DNA of 63,810 bases, the filler included, from Choristocarpus tenellus KU-1152 (lineage: Eukaryota; Protista; Phaeophyceae), in NCBI GenBank assembly GCA_964200185.2. It is 7 parts of 7 records of this genome, joined end to end, with 100 filler letters (N's around TTAATTAATTAA, not from the genome) between each part and the next. Parts side by side here need not be neighbours in the genome. Positions count along the whole stretch, not along the records: positions 1 to 5,762 come from CAXNAD020009814.1; positions 5,863 to 15,269 come from CAXNAD020003701.1; 5 more parts are not named here. One strand, given 5' to 3'. Both the position numbers and the translations under genes were made by a program. The notes beneath the pieces were generated by a model. It made no database searches and was not told the origin of the DNA. It saw only the letters and a list, made by a program, of their open reading frames with translations. Positions within the stretch are counted from its first letter, which is position 1. Each line of letters begins with the position of its first letter. Of this stretch, positions 1 to 12,100 are shown piece by piece.

Positions 1-55
<55 letters not shown>

Positions 56-1594
56 GAGCCACAGGATTGAAATTAGTTGTTTGACTGGTTAGTTGGTTGG
101 TACTCTTTTGGCAACCAGATTGTTAACCTTGCATGAGGGAGAGGAGGAAGCAGAAGATCAAGGTCTTTAATCTCTAGGAAAGAGTGTTCATGTTGGCCAA
201 CGAAGGGATCAGGGAGAGAGTGTTCACAGGTTGGAAGTGCCTGCTGTTTGGAGCACGGAGAGTGCATCCTCAGAACCTTGTTTTTGTCAAGGTTGCGGGC
301 TCATCTCTCCCCTTGAATTGGTGTGTGGCTTTACTTGCCTTTCAGGATGCTGGTCCAAGAAATGTTGAAGAAATAAAAGAAAATAGTGCATGGCTGTGTT
401 GAAGAGGAAACATGAGTATTCCTTGGAAGTGGTTCAATACATCTGCTGTGGCACGTGTGAGTATGAGAGAGAGAGAGAGAGAGAGGCATGGAGCCATCCT
501 ATCTTACAGGATAGTGTCGTTGAGTGTTTGAGACTCCTGTGATTACCTTCTTGTACATTTATAACGCTTCTAGCAATCTGGGAGGCGATTTCGTACGTAT
601 GTGGACTAGGGTTTGCCTCTCCTTGATGGTATGCCGGACAAGATTTTGAGGACAATGCAGTCACAGGCTTCTGATGGGGGTTGGCTGCATTTCTGGCATG
701 GAAAATGGGGTGTCAAAACTAAGATTTCGATAGCCCTTAAATGTTGAAAAGGGTCTGAATGAATCCCATTCTAAGATAGTAGGGCACACTTGTCAATACC
801 TCTACGACTCCATTGTTTACCCTATCAATCTGGTACAATTTTAGAAGTTGGTGTGAAAGGTCCTTCCGCAGAGTGATGAGGGGTGATTGTACTCATCCAC
901 GTTGGTTTTGGAGAGAGCCCCCACTTGGTCTTTTGAGTTGTTCAAAATTGAGCAAGGGAAAAATGCCCGTTAAGGTGTGTTCCAAGATATCCATTTAATA
1001 TGCAGAACCATGTTTCTTGAAGAACATTTTGCTTGCCTGTGGTGGTTGTGGTGCTCATTGTCTACCCTACTCACACCCTCTCTCCTCATTATATTGCATA
1101 CTTCAAATTACTATGGATGGTGTGTGTATCTAGTTTGGATCGTGTGCCTGGGGTCAGTCTTCAAAATTCAGATGTTTCGAAGTCAGGACTAACCTCTTGT
1201 CCCGCCCCCCCAGGGTTGGACATGCGAGGTAATCCGAAAAGAAGAGAAATAAACTTGGTTTATACGCCGATGGCATTATCTCTACCAACCAAAACATTTT
1301 GGATGTTTCCAGAGGTTACTTACACAATATACACAATACATGATACTATGCATCACCAGCAATAAACATGTGCTTCTAGTAAAGTATCAATTATAGCTCC
1401 TGTATGTAGTGAATTTAGACTTGATCACCTAACAGGCAACCAACCACAAACGAATGTTGATGGTGAGTGATGTTCTCAGACTTCATGCTCATCTCAAGCC
1501 CCTCTGCTATGTGTGACTGCCGGCAAGGCAGTGTAGTGAGTCATTTTGCATGGCTGGCTGTGGCAGGGACCGTCCTTGTACCTACCTACCTGCA

Positions 1595-1854
1595 AGGTCA
1601 AAGTATCTTAGAGGGTACAGCCGCGCCCGTTTGGTGTCTAAAAACCAATGCTGCGATTTTAATGTAATTTTTGCTATCGTTTTTGTTAGGAAGTGTCAGT
1701 ATTCTTGATCCTGACACACCTTTTCATAACGTATACATTTTACCTACTCCGAAACATTTCAGAGTAAGAAAATGTCATTGAAAAAACCAGTGGGAAGCCA
1801 AGCCCCAAATGGACAAACAGGGAAAAATTTGTACCCTCTAAGATACTTTCACTC
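1595..1854. mobile_element. MITE family B copy
   Basis: CAAAGTATCTTAGAGGGTAC...GTACCCTCTAAGATACTTTCACTC; reverse-colinear with 5108-5376. Confidence 0.8.
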
Positions 1855-1980
1855 TGATTTGGCAATAATTTGTGAGTATTTTAGTATAATTGAAGAATTT
1901 TCTTCTACAAGGAAGGACTCGAAAAGTGAATCGGGGAAGGGCCATTTCAGGTTGGGTCATTTTGTTAGAGATAGCGTTAT

Positions 1981-2250
1981 GAGTCAAAGTAAACAAAAAG
2001 GTACCCAGGGTTGCATTTCAAGGATGCTGACAAACACGTACGCAATTCGACTTTTTTTTTTCGACAAAAGCGTGTAGGTACTTTTCTAGATTCCGTCAAA
2101 TATTCTCAAATGGCAGAGAAATCAATGCTCTCGAGTCGATCTTAACACCTCATCCTTCGAAATAGGGATGACTTGCAAAAGGATAAAAAAATCGGAGTAG
2201 CTTAAAGTGCAAAACGACCAAAACCTGGATACCTCTCGTTTACATTGTCT
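1981..2250. mobile_element. MITE family C (about 260-300 bp)
   Basis: TIR GAGTCAAAGTAAACAAAAAGGTACCCAGG / CCTGGATACCTCTCGTTTAC; copies at 8322-8578 and (reverse) 57128-57432. Confidence 0.7.
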
Positions 2251-3547
2251 TTGTATTTGTATAGCAAAACCACACGACTGAAAAATTGGACCAATTCGAT
2301 ACAGGCGTTGGGCAAAGGTGCCTACTACTGTAGGTATTTCATGAATCTCACAGGAGCGAGTCATTGTGTGTTGCTGGAGGCAGTGCCAAAGACACAATGA
2401 CGTTTTTTCTTCTTGTGCCAGCGAGGAGAGCCGAAAGAGAACCTTGATAATACAAAATGTAACTGGAAAATAATACTCAAGACGCGAATATATCGGTAAG
2501 ATATCCACATCACCATGTTTTATAGTTTATTGGGCATTGTTCAAACCCTGCAGTTAATATGATGAGATAAATCAAATGCTGAGAGTGAACTGCTCCGGAG
2601 CACTACAGTAGAAGGAACGACTGGCAGTGAATGGTTAATGTGTGTGACCTCACTTCATATACACTCAGGAGAACATAAAGTGTAGAGCATATCGTGTATT
2701 GTCAAATTTATCAAACCTACCTCGTTGCCATGGAAACTTGGTATTTCCCGGGATGTGTTTGTAGGAGATCAATTAGGCAGTGTCTACAGGGCAGATGAAG
2801 GCGATTCACTCAAAAAAAGCAGAATACCTTTATGTAGATGTGTGATATATTTTCTGTTGGTGTATTTGCTGCTCATTGCTGTACCAACAACAAACGATTC
2901 AGAACTTTTAATACCTCTATGCATCATCCATGTTGGGGATTTTTAGAGCTAACGAACGAAACAAGGTGCTTGCTAAGAGCCTGCTCAAGGGTGAAGACTT
3001 GCTGGCATCGGAAATTGCAGTGAAGTTTAAGCAAACCATTAATATAATGTGAGGGAACGGCTCTTGTTGCTTCATCCATTCCCACCTGTGCCTGTCCTTT
3101 TCTTAAACCTTCAAGGTAATTTACTCTTTGGGCCCCAACTATGTCCTTATTTTCTGGGGCCACAGGTAGTGGATACTATTCATTACCACTGCCAATTGGA
3201 AGCACATATTTAGGGTCAAGTGTGAGTTTCTGAAACCACAAGTTTTCCATTCTGCCTGCCCCTCCATCACCAGCCAACAACTACCCCTGTAGCCAACCTC
3301 CTGCTCTGGAGTACTAGAAGTATTAGTGGACTCTATTCCTGCCATCGATCACTGAGACAATCCTTGGATGGCGTTTTCGACATTTTCCCCCTCTACAGGG
3401 GCCACCTTACCGCTTCCATGTTGGAGTTTTGACCCAAAATCAAGCCTTCCATGCTGAGTGATAGGTGAGATTTGTGCACTGCCACAGACACTGCCTCTGC
3501 TACTCTTTGGGACAGCATTTTTATCTTCTGTTTTGGAAATTGAAACC

Positions 3548-4251
3548 TCAGCACTTTCAGTGGTGTTCTTGTACTCCAACGTGCCCTCAGCCTGTGTGTG
3601 CATATATACATGTGTATACATTACGTATGAACACGTTCACCCACACCAGGTCAGGTGGGGTGTAATTAAGGACGTTTCAGAGTTGTGACACAGTTAAATA
3701 GGCAGGGGGGAGGGGAAGGTGGGGCGGGGGGAGTTTATGGGGTGTTGGTCTCACAAAAACCCTTCTCTTTGAAGAACCTGGTTACATGCTGCAGTGCATT
3801 ATTTCTTCAAGCAATATACCTTCATTTCACAGGCGTTTTTGCACGGCTGGAGTGAGACAGCAGGCCAGTGGCGTGCCACCTCACTTGCTGCCTACTCCAC
3901 TCCCCTCACTCAGCACCCCACCTTCTACCCTTATGGTACATAATTCAGTTCAATGCACTCTTGTGAACACAGGCGTTGTTGATAGTACCGTTGGTTCTGA
4001 TCCAGGGCACTGAAAACACCATACCCATCTCCATGCTCACCGTGCCTATTGCAAGGGAGACGCTCGAAGTAGGCACCTGACACTGCTCGCATGACCAAGA
4101 GAAGCGGCGTCCCCGAGCTGCCTTCTTGTTGAGCATCGTATCTGTGTCCATCTTGGCTTCCAAATTCCACTTGCGTATCTGTAGGCGAGCGTGCTTCTCA
4201 AAGAGGGTCGTCTTGTAACCCAGCACAAAAATTGAGATCATAAAACTCATC
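3548..4251 (-). CDS. Putative exons of an unidentified gene
   Basis: Open segments bounded by AG...GT at about 4251-4042 (MSFMISIFVLGYKTTLFEKHARLQIRKWNLEAK...AIGT), about 3892-3821 and about 3592-3548 (AEGTLEYKNTTESAE). No recognisable domain. Confidence 0.35.
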
Positions 4252-4499
4252 TGTGGATAGGGTTCCGAATGTTGTTTATTAGCAGCCAATTTGAGGGAAG
4301 GCATAGGGGTGGGGGAGAAAATATCTTATTTTTCGGCTGAGTTGAACAAGTATCACTCCACTCTTCCAAACAAGTGTTTTTTTGTTTTTTCTCTTTAAAT
4401 TACAGTTACATTATTTTACCTTTTTGTTTCGTTTTTTAGCAGGGACTACATGTGTCCCATCCTCTACCGATAAATGCATGCTTTGGCTTAGTGCCCCAT

Positions 4500-4602
4500 G
4501 TATATATATATATATATATATGTATGATTATTATTAGATATTTATATATGTGTATATGTATGTGTATATGTATGTATGTATGAATGTATGTATATGTATA
4601 TG
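4500..4602. repeat. (TA)n/(TATG)n microsatellite region
   Basis: Direct inspection; further (TA)n tracts at about 4879-4906, 5501-5522 and 43672-43696. Confidence 0.9.
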
Positions 4603-4869
4603 CACTTCTTTTTTTCCAACCCTTCCCGTTGATCATGACCATTTGAATATGTTTTGTACTCTGTTGCCAAGGTCGCAGTCGCCATCGTCTCCATTCTCCC
4701 TTTATTATATGAAAGACTTTCTTGATTTCATCATCATTGGCTATAGTGCAATATGGACTGTTCCAGACTTCAACCTTACCATTGTTTCACTTTACTTTGA
4801 TAGTACTGAGAGGGATATGAATGGACAAGGTTTATCAGATTCCGATATGATCTCTACGCAAAGTAGTTT

Positions 4870-4910
<41 letters not shown>

Positions 4911-5107
4911 TAAGATTTTTCTTTTTTTTGTTTCAATAAATAGCTTTTACGCGCAGCAGGAAGAAAAACGTTTCAGTGCAGTCCAGGCAGAAACACTAAC
5001 TTTTGGAAAATATCTCATTTCTTCCTTTCTCGTTTCTTGACATTTATGCTTACTTACTCTCTGCACCTGTACAGTATACCGCGATGAAGAAAATAAGATA
5101 TTGTAGT

Positions 5108-5376
5108 GAGTGAAAGTATCTTAAAGTTTCTTAGAGGGTACGAGTTTTTCCCTCATTGCCCATTTGGGACTTGGGTTCCCATAGATATTTTTATGATATT
5201 TTCCTAGTCCAAAATGTTTCGGAGTAGGTAAAATGTATACGTTATGAAAGGGTGTGTCCAGAACATGGATATTGACACTTCCTAACAAACATGATAGCCA
5301 AAATTACATCAAAATCGCAACATTGGATTTCAGCCCCCAAATGGACCCGGCTCTACGCTCTAAGATACTTTGACTC
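5108..5376. mobile_element. MITE family B (about 260 bp), complete copy with 3-bp TSD
   Basis: TIRs GAGTGAAAGTATCTTA / TAAGATACTTTGACTC, flanked by AGT...AGT. Confidence 0.85.
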
Positions 5377-5762
5377 AGTGCCAAATCTCCGTTAAAATCG
5401 TTGTACGTATGTAGGTATCGTGATAAAATCGACCTAACCGATGATCGTAACAGTCTCGATCATAGAGTTGGAAAAAAAGAAGTGCACTCTTGCAAAGAAA
5501 TATATATATATATATATATATAGCAACAACAGTCACTGTACAACAACGGCAATTCTTAATGCCAAATTTATTACAGGATTGTTTGGGTGGAAAGGGTGTT
5601 TCATGATCAGTGCATTCTATTGACTGTATGCAACCTTGAGTTTCATATTTTTGTTGATTTTATAACGTTGCATTAAAAAAATTGGCCCCAAATGGACAGC
5701 CACCCGCCCCCCCCCCCCCCCCCCCCTCCCCATAGATCATAAAAAAGATAAAAACCAAATTA

Positions 5763-5862
5763 NNNNNNNNNNNNNNNNNNNNNNNNNNNNNNNNNNNNNN
5801 NNNNNNTTAATTAATTAANNNNNNNNNNNNNNNNNNNNNNNNNNNNNNNNNNNNNNNNNNNN
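5763..5862. other. Artificial contig spacer N44-TTAATTAATTAA-N44
   Basis: Identical 100-bp spacers also at 15270-15369, 22982-23081, 29096-29195, 33260-33359 and 61047-61146; the 12-mer gives stops in all six frames. Confidence 0.95.
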
Positions 5863-6092
5863 AGTAACTGATTGGTGGTTTCCACACTTACAATGTTTTA
5901 TAGTGTTCTTATGCTTAGGATATTTTATTTCTTTAGGGCTAATAACGACATTTATGTATATAGTTTTCATTGGCTTCCCCCCTGACACATCTGCAAAATG
6001 TCAGAGGGCATAATAATAAAATTGTATATAGTTTTCATTGGTTTTCCCCTGACACGTCTGCAAAATGTCAGAGGGCATAATAATATAAATAA
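5863..6092 (+). repeat. Repeat family D ending in a hairpin and AAT-rich tail (3' end tandemly duplicated)
   Basis: CCCTGACACATCTGCAAAATGTCAGAGGG-CATAATAATAA occurs twice (about 5980 and 6046). There is a reverse copy at 63660-63810 and short end-only copies at about 9390-9436 and 25286-25335. Confidence 0.7.
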
Positions 6093-7669
6093 TGTTGACA
6101 TATTGTATTCTTATGCCCGTACGTACTTTGTATAATACCTAACCAATTATAAGCGTACGTATAACCTATGTTACATACTTGTGTCAGCACAAATAACGTA
6201 AGGATAACACTAGGTTATTAGACAACACTGCTATATTTTCTACAGCGGACCCGGAGCAATTGCGCAACGAGTAAGAGGCCGAGTTCAGACCATATTTCAG
6301 GTATTTGCAGTTCCCCAGTGTCGTCCCACCACTTCGTAAGGAATCGACGTCTTTGTTGTACTTTTCCTTCATAATGTGTTCCTATACTGTTCGTATTTAC
6401 CAGACCATCCTCGTAAGAAAACATATTTAGAGACCAGTTGATCGCTCCTCGCTCGGTAGTTTGTCTTGTACTCCACATCTTGTTTAGGCAACCGTTTATA
6501 TCATTTTTCATGTATGGGATAGTCTATCTTTTCGCAAAGAGATCAGATAACTGGTAACAGATCTCATTTAACCTCTTTACGACCAACTCGGACTTGATAT
6601 TTCGCGTTTACCAAGTCTATCAATCCTTTGGAAATAGACTATACATAAATGTTGATAGACGTTTGGATAGATTAATAATTGCTATTTTTCCTCTCAACTC
6701 TCCTAATTTGCATTAGTGGACACATATCCGGTGGTGAAGAGATCGTATCACCTGGGACACTTAGCACTCGTGTGCCCTAGAGATGGCTGTGCATTACACC
6801 ATGTCTTGTTCTCATTAAAGACATTTATTGATCACCATGAAATGACTAACCCCAACAAAAACAAAGACTCAAGTCCACCACTGGGTAAGCGATGAAGACT
6901 TCAAGTGAGTCACACTTGTTCTTTGTTCTTGACTGGCATGATTCCCCCAACATGATGTAATGACTGTACGGTCACCTCTTATCGTCTCGATGGTTGTGTC
7001 ACCAACATCGCACGTCCAAGTTGTGCAAAACAGGACAATAGTAAGGTGTACCCTATTATGTGAGATTATTGCGTTAGATTGAGTCTATGTGATGTAGTTA
7101 ATGGGATAGTACATCTGGATAATGTATGGGGTTTAGTGGTATTGCAACGAAATTTCTCTGACATAACCGTTGACTTACATATGAGGCAATAATAATCATA
7201 TAAAAACAATAAGAAGACACCCCACAAGGTAACTCTTCTTTTTAGCCCTGTAAACATATTCAACAATGGGAAATCGTGTGAGGCTCCACACCTTCTTGTC
7301 TTCACTACTGACCAAATATTAATACCTTCAAGGTTAATTGCACACTAGTGTCCACTTGGGATATTGTAGTCGTCGTGAACAATATTTCCAATCATATCAG
7401 AGTTTGAGGAAGGAGAAGTGGGCATACATCGTCCATTGATCTCGTCTTCTGCTCTGTTGGTTTTGATCACATACACGTGCTTGTGTTTTCTCACATCGGA
7501 GTGTTGATCAAAACCATCGTACAACACTCGTTTAGCAACATCAGATCACATAAACATCTGTCAACAGTGAACCAAAACTAATTGAAAGGCAGGCAGGTTT
7601 GGACCCTTTTGGGATTCTAAGCCGTATTTCTTACCCTCCGCAATATACTCTATTTAGTTGTGCAATATT

Positions 7670-7850
7670 GGCTGAAATGATCTTGGGGGGGTTGCGGCGA
7701 GTCCTTTTGGGGTTATTTTTTTAACGTCGCGATTTTTGGGTGATTTTGGTTGCGTATTTTGAATGTATAATGTAAGTGCACTTTTCCTGGTTATTGTCCA
7801 AATGGACACCCTGGTGTAGACCCCCCCCAGCCCCCCAGATAGTTTGGGTC
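7670..7850. mobile_element. MITE family A, diverged copy
   Basis: Colinear with 31437-31616; ends CCCCCCAGATAGTTTGGGTC. Confidence 0.7.
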
Positions 7851-8321
7851 ATATGCACAATAGTGATACACATAATTGGTATCCCCCCTTTCAATACACA
7901 AGATGACATCGGAATTCAGGAAAGGCCCTGTTTGCATCTGTACAAAATGGCATCTTTTTCCCTTCTTCGGGATCTTTAAAATCCAAACCCTGCCTACCTC
8001 TCAGTTAGTTTGATTCAGATATTGACATCACATAGCCCTCTTCCTCGTACCCACATTCTTGAGGATCCTTTGTCTATGCAAGATGCAAGAGCGCTATTTG
8101 CTGGCCCTATATACATCTCGGCTCATATTCAGGCCGACTATTCTACTGATCCCATGCCCTCAGACATCCACCCTGAGCTTAATACGATGCTGACCACATT
8201 CTATTGACCTCACCCGTATTTGGGCTGTCCCATATAGTGATCGCCTACACTCAGACCTCGTAGGCTTGAATGGTATGCTGAACCACATACCATCAACCTT
8301 TGGCCAATGATATCTCAACAA

Positions 8322-8578
8322 GAAATAAAGTAAACGAGAGGTACTCAGAGTTGCACGTACAGGATGCTGATAAATATGTGCAAAATTCTTATTTTTTTAC
8401 AAATGTGTTTGTAGGATATTTTCTAAATTCCGTCAAAAAGTCTCAAACAATAGAGAAAACACTCTCAAGTAAAACCTAGCACTTCATCCATACAAATATT
8501 GGCAAATTAAAAAAAATGGAAAACTGTCTTAAAATGATAAACCACCAAAACCTGGGTACCTCTTGTTTGTTGTGGCTC
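8322..8578. mobile_element. MITE family C copy
   Basis: AAAGTAAACGAGAGGTACTCAG...CCTGGGTACCTCTTGTTTG; colinear with 1981-2250. Confidence 0.7.
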
Positions 8579-8755
8579 CAAATATTCTATACTACCCACG
8601 TTTGTATGTAACACTTCATTTTATATTTATGATGTGTAATACAATGGAGCAATAGTATCATAACAGTCACACCTTTTTCCCATTTTGCTCCCAAAGCTCA
8701 CTTGTTGGTTGAGACCTCCAATCAAATTTACATGGTTTGGAGGCCAATATTGCCG

Positions 8756-9165
8756 CATGCCATACACCATTATACCAATTGAGGTTCTTTGTCAGGGATC
8801 CTGGACTCCAAGTAGGATCTTTCGCAAGATTGAGACAGGGAATATTTTTAAGACACAAATCCCACAAGTATCGGATATCTTCTTAGTCAGAGATACCAAA
8901 TATCAAAGATTCTCTTTGTTGCCACGTCTTGACATTTCTGATGGTCCCCGTCTCACAAAATCCTCCCCACTCTGCAGTTCTCTGCAGTGCTTAGGAAATC
9001 TCTCTCTGCGGTTTTGGGCACTTGTCCAACCTTAAACTCGCCTTCTTGTTTAGGGTTCGTCTTGATCAATCTGGTCCGTGTTGCCCTGTGATTCTCTTCA
9101 CCACCCTTGCCTTGCCCCCACAGCATCATACAACATGCTGCGATAGAATCATCATACAATTCACA
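8756..9165 (-). mobile_element. Family E (SINE-like) copy
   Basis: Shares GCCATACACC, CGTCTTGACATT, GCACTTGTCCAACCTTAA and TGATTCTCTTCACCACCCTT with the other copies. Confidence 0.55.
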
Positions 9166-12100
9166 GTTAACGTAATATTAATACTGGTATCCCTACAACA
9201 GTTTTCCCTCGCCAATAACACTCCGAATCGTTACTACTACACACAGGTACATTTGTTGTATTGATAGGACGTTTCAACCATTCAGTCACTTGCTTCTGTT
9301 GTGCTTTCGCAGCCTCTTTTCTGTCCCACGATATACAGGGAAGAACTGTTACTCTTTCAGTAATTCTGATATTGAATTAGCTTTTCATCGGTTTTTCTTC
9401 GGACACATCCCCAAAATGTGAGAGGGCGCAATAATATATACAGGGAACAATCGCTCGTAAATGGAACATATTTTCACTCATTAATGACACTTTTTTTTTA
9501 AGAGTGGTTGAGGGAACATCCCAGAGAAAACTTTAACGTCCCTCCATTACACATGGTCTCCAATTACCCGACCTGTATATCTTGATAATACACTATCTGC
9601 CTCTGTCCCGTGGGCTGAGTCTCCTCACTGTTCACTGAAGTTGAAAAATATAACTACAAATAGGCACCACAAAAAATAGGACTGGTGGTACTTCTACTAC
9701 TTCAGCAAGGGAATAGCAAAAACAAAATACGTTACTACTACTGTTGAGCAAGCAACTGCTGTGCGCCGACTTTCTCTGTGTTAAATCGACTTTCTTGAAT
9801 GTGCAATGACATATAGAAAATTTGCCTGTCGACCCATGAGAATAGTGTAGCTTGATAGTTAAGAGGGAGGTTGTCCTGAGTCACAGGGGAACAGGTTGAG
9901 GATATGAAAGTAGATCAAGTGAACGAGATTGTTTGTTTGACTTGCTGTATACTATGTGTGGCTTACACAGGACCACAACTTTCTGATGCTGAGGATTCCA
10001 AACAATTTTTCCACCTTGGGCGTAAGGTGCTAACAAATCAATAACTTTAATACTATTAACTAGAACACTTCTTTTCGTCGACTGCTCTTTAAGTAGAGGA
10101 GGATCACGCTATAGAAAAATCCTTTGCTTTCAATAGGACCGCGTTAAACAAGTGCCTCGCCAATAACATGCAGAATACGGCGTATGTACCCTTGCCAACC
10201 AGTATCTCATTTGGGAGGCCCAGGCGAAGGATCTATTAAACGGCATCTACCTGACTCCCAAACTGACCTTATCTTTGCTATTGCTGGTGAAGAGTTTGGA
10301 GCAATTATTTGTATAATGATTAGTACAACTCTTGCTATTATAGTACGTAGAGCATAAATTAGATTAATGAGAAACTCCATCCACAAATTATCGCTGGAGG
10401 TGTGTGCAGACTGACAACTGTGAGTGGTGATACAAATAAAGGGGTGCATATCGGAAAGGTATGCAAGACCTAAAGATGGAAGCACCTACAAGTCACAACT
10501 AATGAGAAATGAGAAAGAGTGCTTGTCATACATGGAAAGATGACACCATTGGCTCGCTCTGGATTGCACTGATGCATGTACGTGGGAGATGACAGTGCTC
10601 ACTCTCCATGTTCTGTCTTTGCACAGTAAATAATAGTCACAACGTCTAGGAAAACACACCTCACTACCTAATCGACAGGTGTGGACTCTCTAAGATACAC
10701 CGTACTTTTCTCCTTCCTGCAATGGGATGTGTCCACCATGACCTCACCAGTAGAAGATGAATCAAAAGTATGCACGGGGATGTTCTTAGTCAGCATTTAA
10801 GTATAACCATGAAAGATAATTAAGGTGCCACAAAAACCATACTAAACAAACGCAGTTTTGCTGGTTCCATCCCATGCCTGGTTAGCACAAGAGGGACCAA
10901 TGTGTTTTGTGCCATCAAAGGAATCCCCCTCTCTTCCATATAACATCCTTCTGAGTTAGAAATGGCTGGGGTACAAAACATCGCACATTAAAACATTAAC
11001 TCATATCGCACAGGTCCTACATCCCATATTGCTGCCGAACAGCCAGATTCTTTGCCAGGAACTTGTTCGTACTAGCAACACTTCAGTGAGACTACTCCAG
11101 GGTAATGGACAGGAAGTACAAACCCAATCAAAACATCACCCCGACAACTTTCCTGACCAAAAGTATTTTGAAATGGATTGGTCCATCAAGCTCGGATGAA
11201 ACAAAAAACGCAGCGAATACCGAACCCTAACATAATAGTCACTATTGCAGTCATGTATCCTTAATCATAATAACTCCAAAATGAGGCATTGTGTTGATTC
11301 TGCGTATCATTTCACCTAGCCGCAGCACATTCGCAGGCAAAACAACCAAGAATGCTCAGATAAACACTCAGGAGTTCAACCCACGTATACAACTGGTCCC
11401 ATGACAAGCAAACACCAAAAATAATGCGAAGATGAAGCGCCAGTCCTGATACACTCAAAGCATATTATATTACTCGAACACATTCTATAAACGTGTCTAC
11501 AGGTGTACTATCCTCCAAGCGCCTAAAACGTGACAGGGGTAACAATCAACTTTGGGAATTGTATAAACAAACATTTACACTGACCAAGTCGCTATTGACT
11601 ACCAGTCACATTCTTGCTATGCTGGGATAAACAAGAGAGATGGTTCAAATACAGCACCGCGATCCACCCCCTAGAATGGCTGGAGCGCTCAGTTACTCAT
11701 ACCTTCACCTGAAGAGGGTAAGTAAAAGGAAGAAAACAGATACAGTGAGAGAAACGACCGGGTTATTTTTACGCATCTAATATTACTAGGACCATATCCA
11801 TACTGTAGTGTGTAACCTACCGACGGACGGATCAAGATCACCACACCACACAACCGGGAACATCATCACGCGTTGCCTTCCGCATGCGCCATGAACAAAC
11901 AACACCTACCGATGACCATTTCGGACTACGAACAAGAGACCAGGACGATTTACAATGGTGCCAGCAATATTCAAATACATAAGGGCAGGGAATGAGGCGA
12001 TGAAGTGACACATGCGACACGGGAGGTTTTGACCAGGCTTGGGTTACCGAGAACTCGAATGGCAACAAGGCACATGTGAGTCAAATCTAAGGAGGCGATG

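Noticed and set aside
1-54. 54-nt poly-G
   Set aside because: At the window edge; likely a sequencing artefact or an inflated MITE G-tract.
5763-5862. Recurrent TTAATTAATTAA palindrome within N runs
   Set aside because: Identical 100-bp construct at six places; an assembly linker with six-frame stops, not biology.
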